From the NCBI GenBank assembly GCA_963841305.1, contig CAWJBR010000001.1, forward strand, positions 7,598-71,597: a stretch of 64,000 bases of DNA, in the 5' to 3' direction. The stretch's first letter is position 1. Each line of letters opens with the position of its first letter. Source of the stretch: an uncultured Phycisphaerales bacterium (GTDB lineage: Bacteria > Planctomycetota > Phycisphaerae > Tepidisphaerales > Tepidisphaeraceae). The notes under the pieces are model-generated. The model did not search any database and was not told where the DNA came from. It worked only from the letters and a program-made list of their open reading frames with translations. Made by a program: the position numbers and the translations under genes. Shown here one piece after another: positions 36,051 through 46,481 of the stretch.

Positions 36051-38283
36051 ATGGAAAAATTCACCATGCGATTTTTCGTGATGGTTTTGCTGCCGCTGCT
36101 GTCGGTTCCGCTGTTGGCCAAAGACATCGTGGTGTCGCCGGGCGATTCACTGGAGAAGGCCCGCGATCAGGCCCAGGCGGGAGATCGCATCCTGCTCAAG
36201 GGCGGGATGTACTATCGTACGGAATCGCTGCTGATCGAGCCGAAGCATTCGGGCGTGACCTGGATGGCCGTGCCGGGGGAAAAGCCGATCATTTGCGGCG
36301 GGATTCCGGTGACCGGCTGGCAGCAGCACGAAGGGAGCATCTACAAGGCCAGGCTGGAGCGATCCGAGAAGCTGCGCAGCCTCTACGTCAACGGCCAGCG
36401 CGCCGCCATGACGTCACGCCCGTTTGGCGATGCCAAGGGCAAACGCATCCCTGGGCGCCCCCAACGGTCGGCGGCCTGGGCGGGTACGGCACGCATAAGA
36501 TTCAGAAGGGCGAAGCGCCTTGGGCTTGGGAGAGCGGGGAGAAATTTGATGGCGTGAGTTTTGTGCTAGCTGATCTGCCGGGCCTGCTGCGCAACCCGGA
36601 GGACATTGAATTGGAAAGCCGCAACGTCTGGAACACGCACATCGTCTGCATTCGCGAGATGGTGAAAACCGAGGATAAATGGGTCATGCTGCTGCAGCAG
36701 CCCGGCGGCTGCATCGCCCAGAGCGGCATCTACGGCGTCCAGTTCAATCCCAAGTGGGGCCTGATGCGTAACGTCTATGAATTTCTGGACAAGCCGGGTC
36801 AGTTCTACTTTGACCGAAAAGCCCAGATGCTCTACTACTTCAAGAAAGCCACCGAGGACATGGCCGTCGCCCAGGTGGTGGCCCCCGTCGGGTTGGAGAC
36901 GCTGGTGAAGATCGCCGGCGTCTCACCGACCAACCGGGTGAAGAACGTGCGTTTCGAGGGCATCACGTTTGAGTACTCAGACTGGAATCTGACCAAGGTG
37001 GGCAATTCACGGTTCAAATCGGCAATGCAGGGCGCCTGCTCGTTCATCGCCTTCACTGACGGCAATCCGCATCGAATCATAGACCGGTCCATCGATCTGA
37101 ATCCGGCCATGATCCAGGTGGATGCCGCGGAAGGCGTGGTCTTTGAACGCAACACCTTCCGTCACACCGGTGCGGAGGGTGTGTGCCTGGCCAACGATGT
37201 GGTCAACACGAAGCTGGTTGGCAATGTCTTCAGCGACATCGCCGGCTCGGCGCTGGTTGTCGGACATCCACAGCACGTCTATCTGGGCGATGGCGGCGAG
37301 CATGAAAAGTACGCGCCCGGCATCGAGGGCATCTGCACGAACAACACCGTCGTCAACAACGTCATTTCAGATGTCGGGGTGCTCTTCCCGGGACATCCGG
37401 CAGTACACGCCTATTATGTGGACCGGCTGATCTTCCAGCATAACCTGATCAAAGGCGCGACCTACAGCGGTGTCAGCCTCGGGTGGGGCTGGGAACTCTA
37501 TGACGGCTTCAACGGCAAACGCTCCTTCTTCCCCGGCAAGCCGAGCACGACCTGCCGGGCCAACGACGTCAGCTTCAACATCATCGTCGATTGCATGACG
37601 AAGATGGAGGATGGCGGGCCGGTCTACACGCTGGGCGCGCAGCCCGGCACGGTCATCCGCGGCAACGTCCTGGCATGCGCCGGGCGGGCCTGTGCTACGG
37701 GATTCAAAGCGATGCCGGGTCGGCCTACATCACCATGCGGGACAATCTCCTCAACGTCAGCCAACGGACCAAAGCCGCCATTGCCCCGAATACGGGCGGT
37801 CGGCTCCACGATCTGACCTGGGAGAATAACTTTGCCACCATTAGCCGTTATTACGTTGGCCCAAAGGATCCGCTCATCCTTAACGGCAAGTCGGAGCCGC
37901 TGAAGGTCTACGCGGATGCCGTCTGGCCCGTGGAGGCATACAAAATCGCCCTCCAGGCCGGCCTTGAACCCGCGTACCGGGACATCATTCCCGCCGAAGT
38001 ATATTCACTGGCCGACCAGGCGTTTCCGGCCGGCGTGTTCCTCAACCCGCAAACGGAAAAGAGCCTGCCGGTGAAGGGGTTGAATGACAAGGGTAGGCGG
38101 TTGTGGCTGGCGCCGGCCGGGACGGCGAAGTTCGCGGAAGGGCCGAAGATGACGACGGCGGACGGGACGGCATCGAGCATTCCGTTGCCGTCGGCGGCTG
38201 GGAATTACAAGCTGTTTGTGGTGGATGAAGCCGGGAAAAAGATCGCGGAGTCCGCCGCCGTTTGCCGCTTGGCGACCAATTAG
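36051..38283 (+). pseudogene. Right-handed beta-helix glycosidase/lyase-like protein, interrupted by two -1 frame changes (pseudogene or assembly error)
   Basis: Three overlapping track ORFs (36051.., 36293.., 37591..) read as one protein if one nt is added near 36449..36462 and one near 37679..37690. There is an N-terminal signal peptide and KDIVVSPGDSLEKARDQAQAGDRILLKGGMYY. Repeated N..V.N/G..I.G beta-helix-like turns follow. Confidence 0.6.
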
Positions 38284-38335
38284 TAGCTTTACGTTGACGT
38301 GGAGTGCTGACTATCGCAGTGGAGTCTTGTCGAAC

Positions 38336-39727
38336 ATGAAAACACCTTTCTCTGTCCAATACGTCCCTTTTCTCGGACGACTGAGCTACGCTTCGACCGC
38401 CGCGGCTGATCAGTTGATTTTCTGTGTTATTTCCTTTTATCTGCTGAAGTTCTACACCGACGTCGTCGGGCTTTCCGCCTCGGTCGCCGGCACCATTCTG
38501 CTCATCGCCCGCATGGTGGACGCGGTGGATGCGCCGGTCTGGGGCATCATCTTCGACAAGACCCACAGCCGCTGGGGCAAGAGTCGGCCCTGGTTCCTCT
38601 GGCTTTGCTTCCCCTTCGCCATCTTTGGGGTTCTCACCTTTCTGACCCCAAACCTTTCGCCGATCGCCAAGGCATTCTACGCCGGGAGCACTTATGTGAT
38701 TTGCAGCATCCTCTATACTGGCATTGATACGCCGATCACCTCGATTCTTTCGGCCCTCACCCCCGATCCCCAGGAGCGGGTCACCCTGACCTGCTACCGC
38801 TTCTTCGGTTCCAAGGCGGGGGTGCTGCTGGTCAACGCCACCGCCTGGCCGCTAGTGGCTTGGCTGGGCCAAGGCAACGACAAGCGGGGCTTCATGCTCG
38901 TGATGCCCCTATTTGCCATCGGTGCGGTGATTCTCTTTTTGTTCGCCTTCCGCAATCTCAGGGAAACCGTCCCGGAACAGAAGCGGGCCTTACCCATCCG
39001 GGAGGGTTTTGCGGCCCTGAAGGGCAACTGGCCCTGGATCATCATCTTCTCCAGCAGCCTTTGGTTTTGGGTGGCGTTCATCGCCCGCATTTCAATCGTG
39101 CCGTACTACTTCGAGTACACTTGGCACCGCAAAGATATGGTGCCTCTGGTCAACAGTTTGGATTTTATCTCACTGGCCGGGATTTTTTTGTTGCCTTGGC
39201 TGTGCCGGCGGACAAGCAAGACGACGGTGTGGATCGGGGGTTTGATCGGCTCGGTGCTGTGCCAGTTCCTCATTTACGCCGGTGGGGCCACGCATTCGCT
39301 GCCGCTGCTGATGGCTGGATGGACGGCAGGGATCATCACCAGCGGCATTGCCATGGCCATGCCGTTTTCGCTGTTGTCGGACAGCGTGGACTATGGGGAA
39401 TGGAAAACCGGGATCCGGGCGGTGGGGTTGCTCAGTGCCGTGGGAGTGGCCTTCTGCGTGAAAGCGGGCAGCGGTCTGGGCGGAGCGTTGCCGGCGTGGA
39501 TCATGGGCGCTTACGGCTATGTGCCCAACGTGGAGCAATCGGCGAGGGCACTGACGGGAATCGACATTGGTTTCATCTGGCTCCCAGCCATCGCCTATGC
39601 CCTGGCGGTTATTCCGGTTTTCTTCTATCGCCGATTCGAGGCGATGGAAGGGCATATTCACACTGAGTTGACCGAGCGTCGAGCACGGTTGGCTGACGCT
39701 GGATCCCCGGAGGCGGTCACTGCGTGA
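38336..39727 (+). CDS. GPH-family glycoside/pentoside/hexuronide:cation symporter
   Basis: Start at ATG 38336 (MKTPFSVQYVPFLGRLSYAS...). Motifs ARMVDAVDAPVWGIIFDKTHSRWGKSRPWFLW. Multiple transmembrane segments. Confidence 0.8.
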   Translation: MKTPFSVQYVPFLGRLSYASTAAADQLIFCVISFYLLKFYTDVVGLSASVAGTILLIARMVDAVDAPVWGIIFDKTHSRWGKSRPWFLWLCFPFAIFGVLTFLTPNLSPIAKAFYAGSTYVICSILYTGIDTPITSILSALTPDPQERVTLTCYRFFGSKAGVLLVNATAWPLVAWLGQGNDKRGFMLVMPLFAIGAVILFLFAFRNLRETVPEQKRALPIREGFAALKGNWPWIIIFSSSLWFWVAFIARISIVPYYFEYTWHRKDMVPLVNSLDFISLAGIFLLPWLCRRTSKTTVWIGGLIGSVLCQFLIYAGGATHSLPLLMAGWTAGIITSGIAMAMPFSLLSDSVDYGEWKTGIRAVGLLSAVGVAFCVKAGSGLGGALPAWIMGAYGYVPNVEQSARALTGIDIGFIWLPAIAYALAVIPVFFYRRFEAMEGHIHTELTERRARLADAGSPEAVTA

Positions 39728-39792
39728 TTGGCGAAGACGGGGGAAACGGATATTCCGGTGTGAAATCGGTGACAGATGAGAAAGGCTATCGG

Positions 39793-42747
39793 ATGCTCGG
39801 AAAATGGGCTTTAGCGGCAATGTTATGTCTGGCATGGAGCGGGTTGGCGGTGGGAAGTGAGCTTGAAAGGAATTTTGCTCATCCCCCGGACTCGGCCAAG
39901 TCGTTTGGTTACTGGTGGTGGCTGAACAGCGATGTGGACAAGGAATGTATCACACGCGATCTGGAGGAGTTTAAGGCCAAGGGGCTGGGTGGCGTGCTGA
40001 TGGTCGTGTCCACTTGGGGCGGTCGCCAAAGGGGACCGGATTACCTCTCCCCCCAGTGGCGCGAATATTACAAATTCGCCTTGGCCGAGGCTGATCGTCT
40101 GGGCTTGGAAGTGGGGGTCAACCTTTGCGGCGGGTGGTGCATGGGTGGGCCGTGGATCACGCCCGAACATGCCGGCCGGTGGTATCTCCAGTCCGCAACG
40201 ACCATCGTCGGTCCCCGGAAATTCTCCGGCATCTTACCACTTCCGGGGGCGACGGATGGATACTCTGTGCCTGGAACGATGCGCGTACGGGAGGGCCTTA
40301 AGTTGCCCTTCGAGAAGATTGATTACCGCGACAGTGTAGTCATTGCCTTTCGTGAACCCGCCGGCGGCGCCAAATTGGATGACAAACGGAAGAAGCACCT
40401 GCCCGCCAAAAGCAACCGCCTGGATGGAGGTTGCTTCAGCCGGCCGCAAGACATCATGGCGCAGACGCTGGTCCCTTGGCAAAATCAAGCTTCAGATCAT
40501 CCGATTCTCCCCGGCGAGGTGATTGATCTGACGAGCAAACTCGGCCCGGACGGCAAACTCGAATGGGACGTGCCGGAAGGAACTTGGACGGTCCTCCGCA
40601 CCGGACATCGCATGCTTGGTGTTACCGTCGCGCTGGGGGTGAAAGGCGGCGAGGGGCTGGAGGTGGATTGGCTGAGCAAAGCGGCGGTCGATCTGCACTG
40701 GGAACACCTGGTCAAGGTGCTGTTGGCGGATGCCGGGCCACGGGTGGGCAAAACCCTCAAGTATTTTACTACCGACAGCTTCGAGGACGGCTACCCGAAT
40801 TGGACGCCCAAACTGCTGGAGGAATTCAAGCGTTACCGTGGGTATGATATGACCCCGTACCTGCCCGTGCTCTCCGGGCGGATTGTCGGTAGCGCCGAGA
40901 TGTCCGAACGCTTTTTGCACGACTATCGCAAGACCGTCGCTGACTGCATGGCTGACAACAACTACGGCTATTTGGCCCAGCGGACCCACGCGCAAGGGCT
41001 GGAGTTGCAATGCGAGGCGGCGGGGCCGAGTTGGTCGGGTACCGTGTGCATGGACGGGCTGAAAAACCTGGGACGCACCGACCGTCCGATGGGCGAGTTC
41101 TGGACGGATCTTTTCACCCAAAACGTGGGGACTCAGGCGACTCCGATCAAGCAAAACCAAGTTGGCAAGCAGACTGCCACGGCGGCGCACATCTACGGGC
41201 GCAAGCTCGTTTCTGCCGAGGCGTTCACCTCGTTCCTGCCGCACTGGAGCGAATCGCCGTCGCTTCTCAAGCCGATTGCCGATCGCGCCTTCTGCGAGGG
41301 GATTAATCGTGTTTTCTTCCATACCTTGTCAGCGTTGCGCCCGAAAGATGGGGTGCCCGGGTATGAGTATGGCGCCGGGACCCACTTCAACCCCAACGTC
41401 ACCTGGTGGAACCAGGCGGCCGGGCCGTGGATCGGCTACATCAACCGCTGCCAGGCGCTGCTCCAGTCGGGCCTGTTCGTGGCTGACGTGCTCTACTACA
41501 ACGGGGACTGGGCGCCGAACCTGGTGGAGCCGAGGCATGTGGACCCCTCATTGGGCCGAGGCTATGACTATGACGTGTGCAATGCCGAGGTGCTGCTAAC
41601 CCGGCTCTCGGTCAAGGACGGAAAAATCGTCCTGCCCGATGGGATGAGCTACCGCCTGCTGGTCCTGCCCAATACCAAACGCATGCCGATAGAGGTAATC
41701 CAAAAGATCAAACAACTGGTGCAGGCCGGGGCCACGGTGGTAGGGCCTAAGCCGGAGTCCGATCCGGGGCTGAGGGATTATCCCAACTGCGATGCGGCGG
41801 TGAAAGCCATCGCCGCCGAGCTTTGGGGCGACTTGGACGGCAAACAGAAAACCGAGCGGACGTGTGGCCAGGGCCGGGTGGTCTGGGGCAAGTCGATGCG
41901 CGATGTGCTGACGGCGGACGGCGTTTCGCCGGACTTCACGCATACGGGGGAAGACGCGTTCATTGATTTCATTCACCGCACGGACGATGGGGTGGAGGTT
42001 TACTTCCTGGCCAACCGCAACGACCGTGCAGAGTCGGTGGATTGCCGCTTCCGCGTCAGCGGCAGGCAGCCGGAGTGGTGGAACCCGATCACGGGCGAGA
42101 GACGCGACCTGCCCGTGTTTGAGCAGAAAGAGGGCTGCACGCGCGTGCCGCTGCAGTTTGAACCGCATGGGTCAGCTTTCCTCGTCTTCCGCAAGCCCGC
42201 CGCTCCATCCACAGGCGGGAAGAACTTTGCCGAGCTGAAGCCGCTGGTGGAGGTGACGGGGGCTTGGACGGTGCAGTTCGACCCCCGGTGGTTCTATCCC
42301 ACTGCCGGGCTTCAAGGTGATGCCGTCAAAGGACTGGTCGCCTTCGCCAAGCTGGAGGACTGGAGCCAGCGGCCGGAGCCTGCGGTGAAGTACTTCAGCG
42401 GCACGGCGGTGTACCGGAATGCGTTTACCTTGGCGGCCGCCGGTGGCCCGCGGCTGTATCTCGATCTGGGCGGTGTGGCCAATGGGACCGCTCGCGTCCG
42501 CCTCAACGGCCAGGATGTGGGGGTGGCCTGGTCTGCTCCGTGGCGGGTGGAGATCACCAGCCAAGCCAAGGCGGGAGCGAATCAACTGGAGGTGGAAGTG
42601 GTCAACCTCTGGCCTAACCGGCTCATCGGCGACGCCAACTTGCCCAAGGCGGAGCAGCGGACGCGATCCAACATCCGCTATAAGAAGGATGCGGCGCTGC
42701 TGCCTTCGGGGCTGCTCGGGCCGGTGCGGGTGATGACAGAAAATTGA
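39793..42747 (+). CDS. GH106-like / GH2-sugar-binding-domain glycoside hydrolase (candidate alpha-L-rhamnosidase), full length
   Basis: Start at ATG 39793 (signal MLGKWALAAMLCLAWSGLAVGSE). Paralog of 2..2506. C-terminal VVNLWPNRLIGDANLP...LLPSGLLGPVRVM. Confidence 0.6.
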   Translation: MLGKWALAAMLCLAWSGLAVGSELERNFAHPPDSAKSFGYWWWLNSDVDKECITRDLEEFKAKGLGGVLMVVSTWGGRQRGPDYLSPQWREYYKFALAEADRLGLEVGVNLCGGWCMGGPWITPEHAGRWYLQSATTIVGPRKFSGILPLPGATDGYSVPGTMRVREGLKLPFEKIDYRDSVVIAFREPAGGAKLDDKRKKHLPAKSNRLDGGCFSRPQDIMAQTLVPWQNQASDHPILPGEVIDLTSKLGPDGKLEWDVPEGTWTVLRTGHRMLGVTVALGVKGGEGLEVDWLSKAAVDLHWEHLVKVLLADAGPRVGKTLKYFTTDSFEDGYPNWTPKLLEEFKRYRGYDMTPYLPVLSGRIVGSAEMSERFLHDYRKTVADCMADNNYGYLAQRTHAQGLELQCEAAGPSWSGTVCMDGLKNLGRTDRPMGEFWTDLFTQNVGTQATPIKQNQVGKQTATAAHIYGRKLVSAEAFTSFLPHWSESPSLLKPIADRAFCEGINRVFFHTLSALRPKDGVPGYEYGAGTHFNPNVTWWNQAAGPWIGYINRCQALLQSGLFVADVLYYNGDWAPNLVEPRHVDPSLGRGYDYDVCNAEVLLTRLSVKDGKIVLPDGMSYRLLVLPNTKRMPIEVIQKIKQLVQAGATVVGPKPESDPGLRDYPNCDAAVKAIAAELWGDLDGKQKTERTCGQGRVVWGKSMRDVLTADGVSPDFTHTGEDAFIDFIHRTDDGVEVYFLANRNDRAESVDCRFRVSGRQPEWWNPITGERRDLPVFEQKEGCTRVPLQFEPHGSAFLVFRKPAAPSTGGKNFAELKPLVEVTGAWTVQFDPRWFYPTAGLQGDAVKGLVAFAKLEDWSQRPEPAVKYFSGTAVYRNAFTLAAAGGPRLYLDLGGVANGTARVRLNGQDVGVAWSAPWRVEITSQAKAGANQLEVEVVNLWPNRLIGDANLPKAEQRTRSNIRYKKDAALLPSGLLGPVRVMTEN

Positions 42748-42768
42748 GTTCGACGAAAGGATTGGAGC

Positions 42769-45174
42769 ATGAAATATTTCAAACCATTGATTAGATGTTT
42801 TGCTTTCACCACGTTTCTCGTTGCTGCTTTGTCGTGGATGCCGGACCGGGCCACATGTGCGGCGGAACAAGGTCTGTCACCGGCGGGCCGTTATCCTGGC
42901 TGGAATGCGGCTTTTGCCGGGCCGGTGTTTCAGCGTTTTGGGATTGATGAGAACGGGAAGTCCAAGGCCAGCCAATCGTGGTTCCAAGTCAAACCCGAAG
43001 GGAACACATGGTTGAGTTTCGACCTGACCAATAACGGTCTGCGTGCGTCGCTCGATCCAAACGGGACCATCCGCAACGCAAAGGCACTGGAAAAAATCGA
43101 ACGCAAAAATGCGCTTCCTGGTATGCACGCCCTGTTGCATCTCTTGAATGCCGGCCCATGGGGGATTACGGTCAAGGCCGCCGGCTTCCCGGCTGTCAGT
43201 GCGACCGGAAAAACATCGGTCGATCTTCTGGACGGGCTGATTCCAGTTTTTAGACGGGCGGAGGGGCCGATTCGAGCCGAATGGCTGATCTTTGCGCCGG
43301 AAGCTCCCGGCGAGCTGCGTTCGCCTCTGCGGGCCTTGATCCTGGTCGTGCGCCTAACCAATTCCGCGACAAACTCGACTGAGGCTGTGATTAAAACCGG
43401 CGATCTTCCGGAGATCAACGATCCCGCTCTGCCGGCGGATTCCTATCAGGCGATTGTCGGCCTTGACGGGTTGCAATGGACTCAGCCCGGACGAACGGTG
43501 GCGGTTATGCTTCCGCCGGGCGGCAGCGCCGTCCGTTCCTTTGCATTCATATTGGGCAACAACAGCGATGAAATAAAGGCGACGGCCAGGCGATTGACCG
43601 AGGTCAATCCGCTTGTCTGGTTGAACCGAACCCTATGGAGAGTCGGTCGGTTGGGTCGCCTGACGATCCCCGAAGCTCCGTATCTGCCGGAGATGCTCGT
43701 CCGCTATGCGGAGTTATGCCGAAGCGACATGCTCTATAAGCCGGATGGCTATTTGGCCACAGCGGATATGATCACGTTCAATGACGGCCCGGCGAAAGGG
43801 CCTCATATCACGACACGCTGGAGTTGGCCGTCCCTCGTCTTTTACAACATGCTGCCGATGTGCATGTCCCAGCCCAACCTGTGTCTGGATGCCATTCCCT
43901 TTTACCTTGAATATGGTCAGCCCGCGGGCGCATACGGCCGCGGCAAGAGCCGTTTCAAGAACGCCCCGCCCATCACGCATTCGATCCAAAACGCCATGGG
44001 GCCCTTCATACTTGCCGGAACGTATTATCAGATGACGGGCGACGCCGCCGGATTGAAAATGCATCCCGAGTTGCTGGCGGCGGCGAAAACGCGTTTCGAG
44101 CAACTGATCGGGAGCCGGACCCATGCGAACGTCTGGCTGTTTCCGTCAATGTACATCTCCGACGGCGATGCGCGCGGCGATTACCATACCGGTTCAAATG
44201 TGCTGGCGTGGAAAGCGCTGCTGGCGATGGCGCGGTTGGCCCGGGAGGTTTACGGCGACGAGGCGTCGGCGACGGCCTGGTCCGATCTTGCCGGCAAGGT
44301 CAAATCCGACATTCTATCGCACTGTGTCGGCGATTCGCCCGACGGCCGACGGTTCTTTGAAGGCGCCAATGAAGACGGCACGTTCATTCCGGGGCACGAT
44401 GGAGAAGAGAGTGACGTGGGGCTAATGCCGTTCTACGAGTTCACGGAAGCAGACGATTCGCTGCTGTTGACCCATTCGCGGTTGGCGCTCTCTGAACGCA
44501 ATCCGTTGTATGTGAAAGAGGCGGATGGGATCGCATGGGTTGATTACGGATTGACGCCGCTGGGAAACAATCCCGGCGTGACGTTTCCCGGTTGGACCAC
44601 AGCCTTGGCCGGGGCGCACGACGAAGCGGAATTGGCGGTGGCGCTGGACAAGATTGTGAATCGCACCGACGTCGATGGGTCGCCGTGGTGGTGGCCTCAA
44701 ACGAAGCTGGGGGGCGTTCAGAGGGTTGGGCGGCGGGGGGGTGGCGCCGGCAAATGTGGTTGGGCTGCGGGGGTGTATCTGTGTCGTTTTATTCACGACA
44801 TTATTGGGGTTCAGGTCGATGTCCCGGCTCGGCAGGTGGCGTTACGTCCGTTCTGCCCGTGGAACTCGTTTGAATGGAAGGACGGCCCCTTCGGCAATGC
44901 CGGCTTTGACGTGCGGTACGAGAAGGCCGACGGCAGGCTCACTGCCATGGTCGTCAACCGCAATGCCGAGCCGTACAGGGGCGTTATCGAACTGACTCTG
45001 CCGCCGGGGGCGAGAGCGATGGAATGCCGTGTGGACGGGCGCAAAACGATAGAATGCCTGGCGACAACTCGCTACGGGCGTCCCGCCGTGCGTGTGGCGC
45101 ATCCGATTCCATCCGGTCAGGCGTTGCGATTGGAGGTGGACTACGACCTGAATTCCGGAAAAACGGGAAAGTAG
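42769..45174 (+). CDS. Secreted 801-aa protein with a distantly GH125-like (alpha/alpha)6 region (candidate exo-alpha-mannosidase-like or novel family)
   Basis: Has a signal peptide. GDYHTGSNVLAWKALLAMARLA, HDGEESDVGLMPFYEF and THSRLALSERNPLY resemble remembered GH125/DUF1237 blocks (DDAN.PSLLS.PYLG; TR..VLS..NPY). The long N-terminal extension is unassigned. Confidence 0.4.
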   Translation: MKYFKPLIRCFAFTTFLVAALSWMPDRATCAAEQGLSPAGRYPGWNAAFAGPVFQRFGIDENGKSKASQSWFQVKPEGNTWLSFDLTNNGLRASLDPNGTIRNAKALEKIERKNALPGMHALLHLLNAGPWGITVKAAGFPAVSATGKTSVDLLDGLIPVFRRAEGPIRAEWLIFAPEAPGELRSPLRALILVVRLTNSATNSTEAVIKTGDLPEINDPALPADSYQAIVGLDGLQWTQPGRTVAVMLPPGGSAVRSFAFILGNNSDEIKATARRLTEVNPLVWLNRTLWRVGRLGRLTIPEAPYLPEMLVRYAELCRSDMLYKPDGYLATADMITFNDGPAKGPHITTRWSWPSLVFYNMLPMCMSQPNLCLDAIPFYLEYGQPAGAYGRGKSRFKNAPPITHSIQNAMGPFILAGTYYQMTGDAAGLKMHPELLAAAKTRFEQLIGSRTHANVWLFPSMYISDGDARGDYHTGSNVLAWKALLAMARLAREVYGDEASATAWSDLAGKVKSDILSHCVGDSPDGRRFFEGANEDGTFIPGHDGEESDVGLMPFYEFTEADDSLLLTHSRLALSERNPLYVKEADGIAWVDYGLTPLGNNPGVTFPGWTTALAGAHDEAELAVALDKIVNRTDVDGSPWWWPQTKLGGVQRVGRRGGGAGKCGWAAGVYLCRFIHDIIGVQVDVPARQVALRPFCPWNSFEWKDGPFGNAGFDVRYEKADGRLTAMVVNRNAEPYRGVIELTLPPGARAMECRVDGRKTIECLATTRYGRPAVRVAHPIPSGQALRLEVDYDLNSGKTGK

Positions 45175-45296
45175 TTCAGACGCGAATGTTGACAAGTGTT
45201 AAGCGGGAAAATCCGGTTCGTAGGCAACCAACGTGAATGTCCGGAGTAATAAAGCGTGGCGGGAGTTTCCATCATGCGTTCAGAGGGAGTGACAAA

Positions 45297-46308
45297 ATGA
45301 GAAAGATGCTGTTGGCGATGAGCGTGCCGGGAGTAATTATGGCGTTGGTGTCGCTGTCGCTGGACGCGGCGGAGCCGCCGCCGGGCGGGGCGCAAGAGGT
45401 GATCGAACGGGTCGTGTTCGTTGGCGACAGCATCACCTGTGGCCGCGGGGCGGGGAGTCCCGCGCAGCGCGTACTCGACCGTGGCCACGGCCCTGCTCAA
45501 GGAGCGGTTCCCGCGGATTACCGAGATCAACTGCGGGCGGAGCGGCTGTGCGCTCAGCCAGCAGCCGGCCTCCTATCCGGAAGAGATCCTCAAGCAGAAC
45601 CCTGACGCGGTGGTGGTCCAGTGGGGCGTCAATGATCAGTACTTTGGCTGTTCGGTGGCCCATTTCGCGGCCTGTTACGAGCGGTTGGTGGCCGGGTTGC
45701 GGCAGGCCAAGCCGCGGATGCCGATCGTGCTGTGCACACTGGTGGCCGACTTCCGCTGGCCGGAGCATTCCGATCTCTGGATCGGCGAGGCCAACGTCGC
45801 CATCCAGGAAATCGCCGCCCTCTACCGTTGCCGGGTGGCCGATCTGCACCGGGCGATCAACCACGACAAGCAGTTGTATGCCGATGTCATTCATCCCAAT
45901 GCGGCGGGCGCACGGGTGATGGCCCAAGCTGTCGCGGCCGCCTTTGACGGCCCTCTGGCATCCCGGCCACCGGTCCAAGTCCAGTTCGATCAAGGTGTCG
46001 AGGTTCGTTTCCTACAGTACGTTTTCACCCCCCGGCGACAGGGTACCGAACCGGTCTGGATTCGGGTTTCGGAGATTTCCAACGCCGGGATGGTGGTGGA
46101 GACGCCGGTGCCGTTGTCGGTGCGCACGGCGCCGGGCGTCCCCAGGCCCGCGCGGATTACGATTCAGGACAAATCCGGCGTGGCGATCGAGCCGAAGAAT
46201 GTCCGCGAGGACGTGCGCGGTTTTAATATCTTCACGCTGGATCCGTCCGGCCACAAAGGACCTTTTACGATCCGCTATGAACCGGTGCGGTCGGGCGCGG
46301 GTCAGTGA
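45297..46308 (+). pseudogene. SGNH/GDSL-family esterase interrupted by a frame change near 45445..45456 (pseudogene or assembly error)
   Basis: Block I VVFVGDSITCG is in frame 0. Blocks II-V (INCGRSGC, VQWGVNDQ, ADVIHPNAAG) are in frame +1. The junction is GCGGGGCGGGGAG. Confidence 0.6.
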
Positions 46309-46481
46309 GGATCCTTGGGTGATGAAGCTGTAAATATGACTAGCCGGATGACCCCTGTGATAGCAAATTCGTTACAGCAGGACAACATATCGTGTTCAGT
46401 CGAAAGAAGTCTGTGTTGGAAGATGAAATTCCGGAGAAATAAAGTGTGACGGGAATACTGTCGCGAATTAAGGAAAATCGT

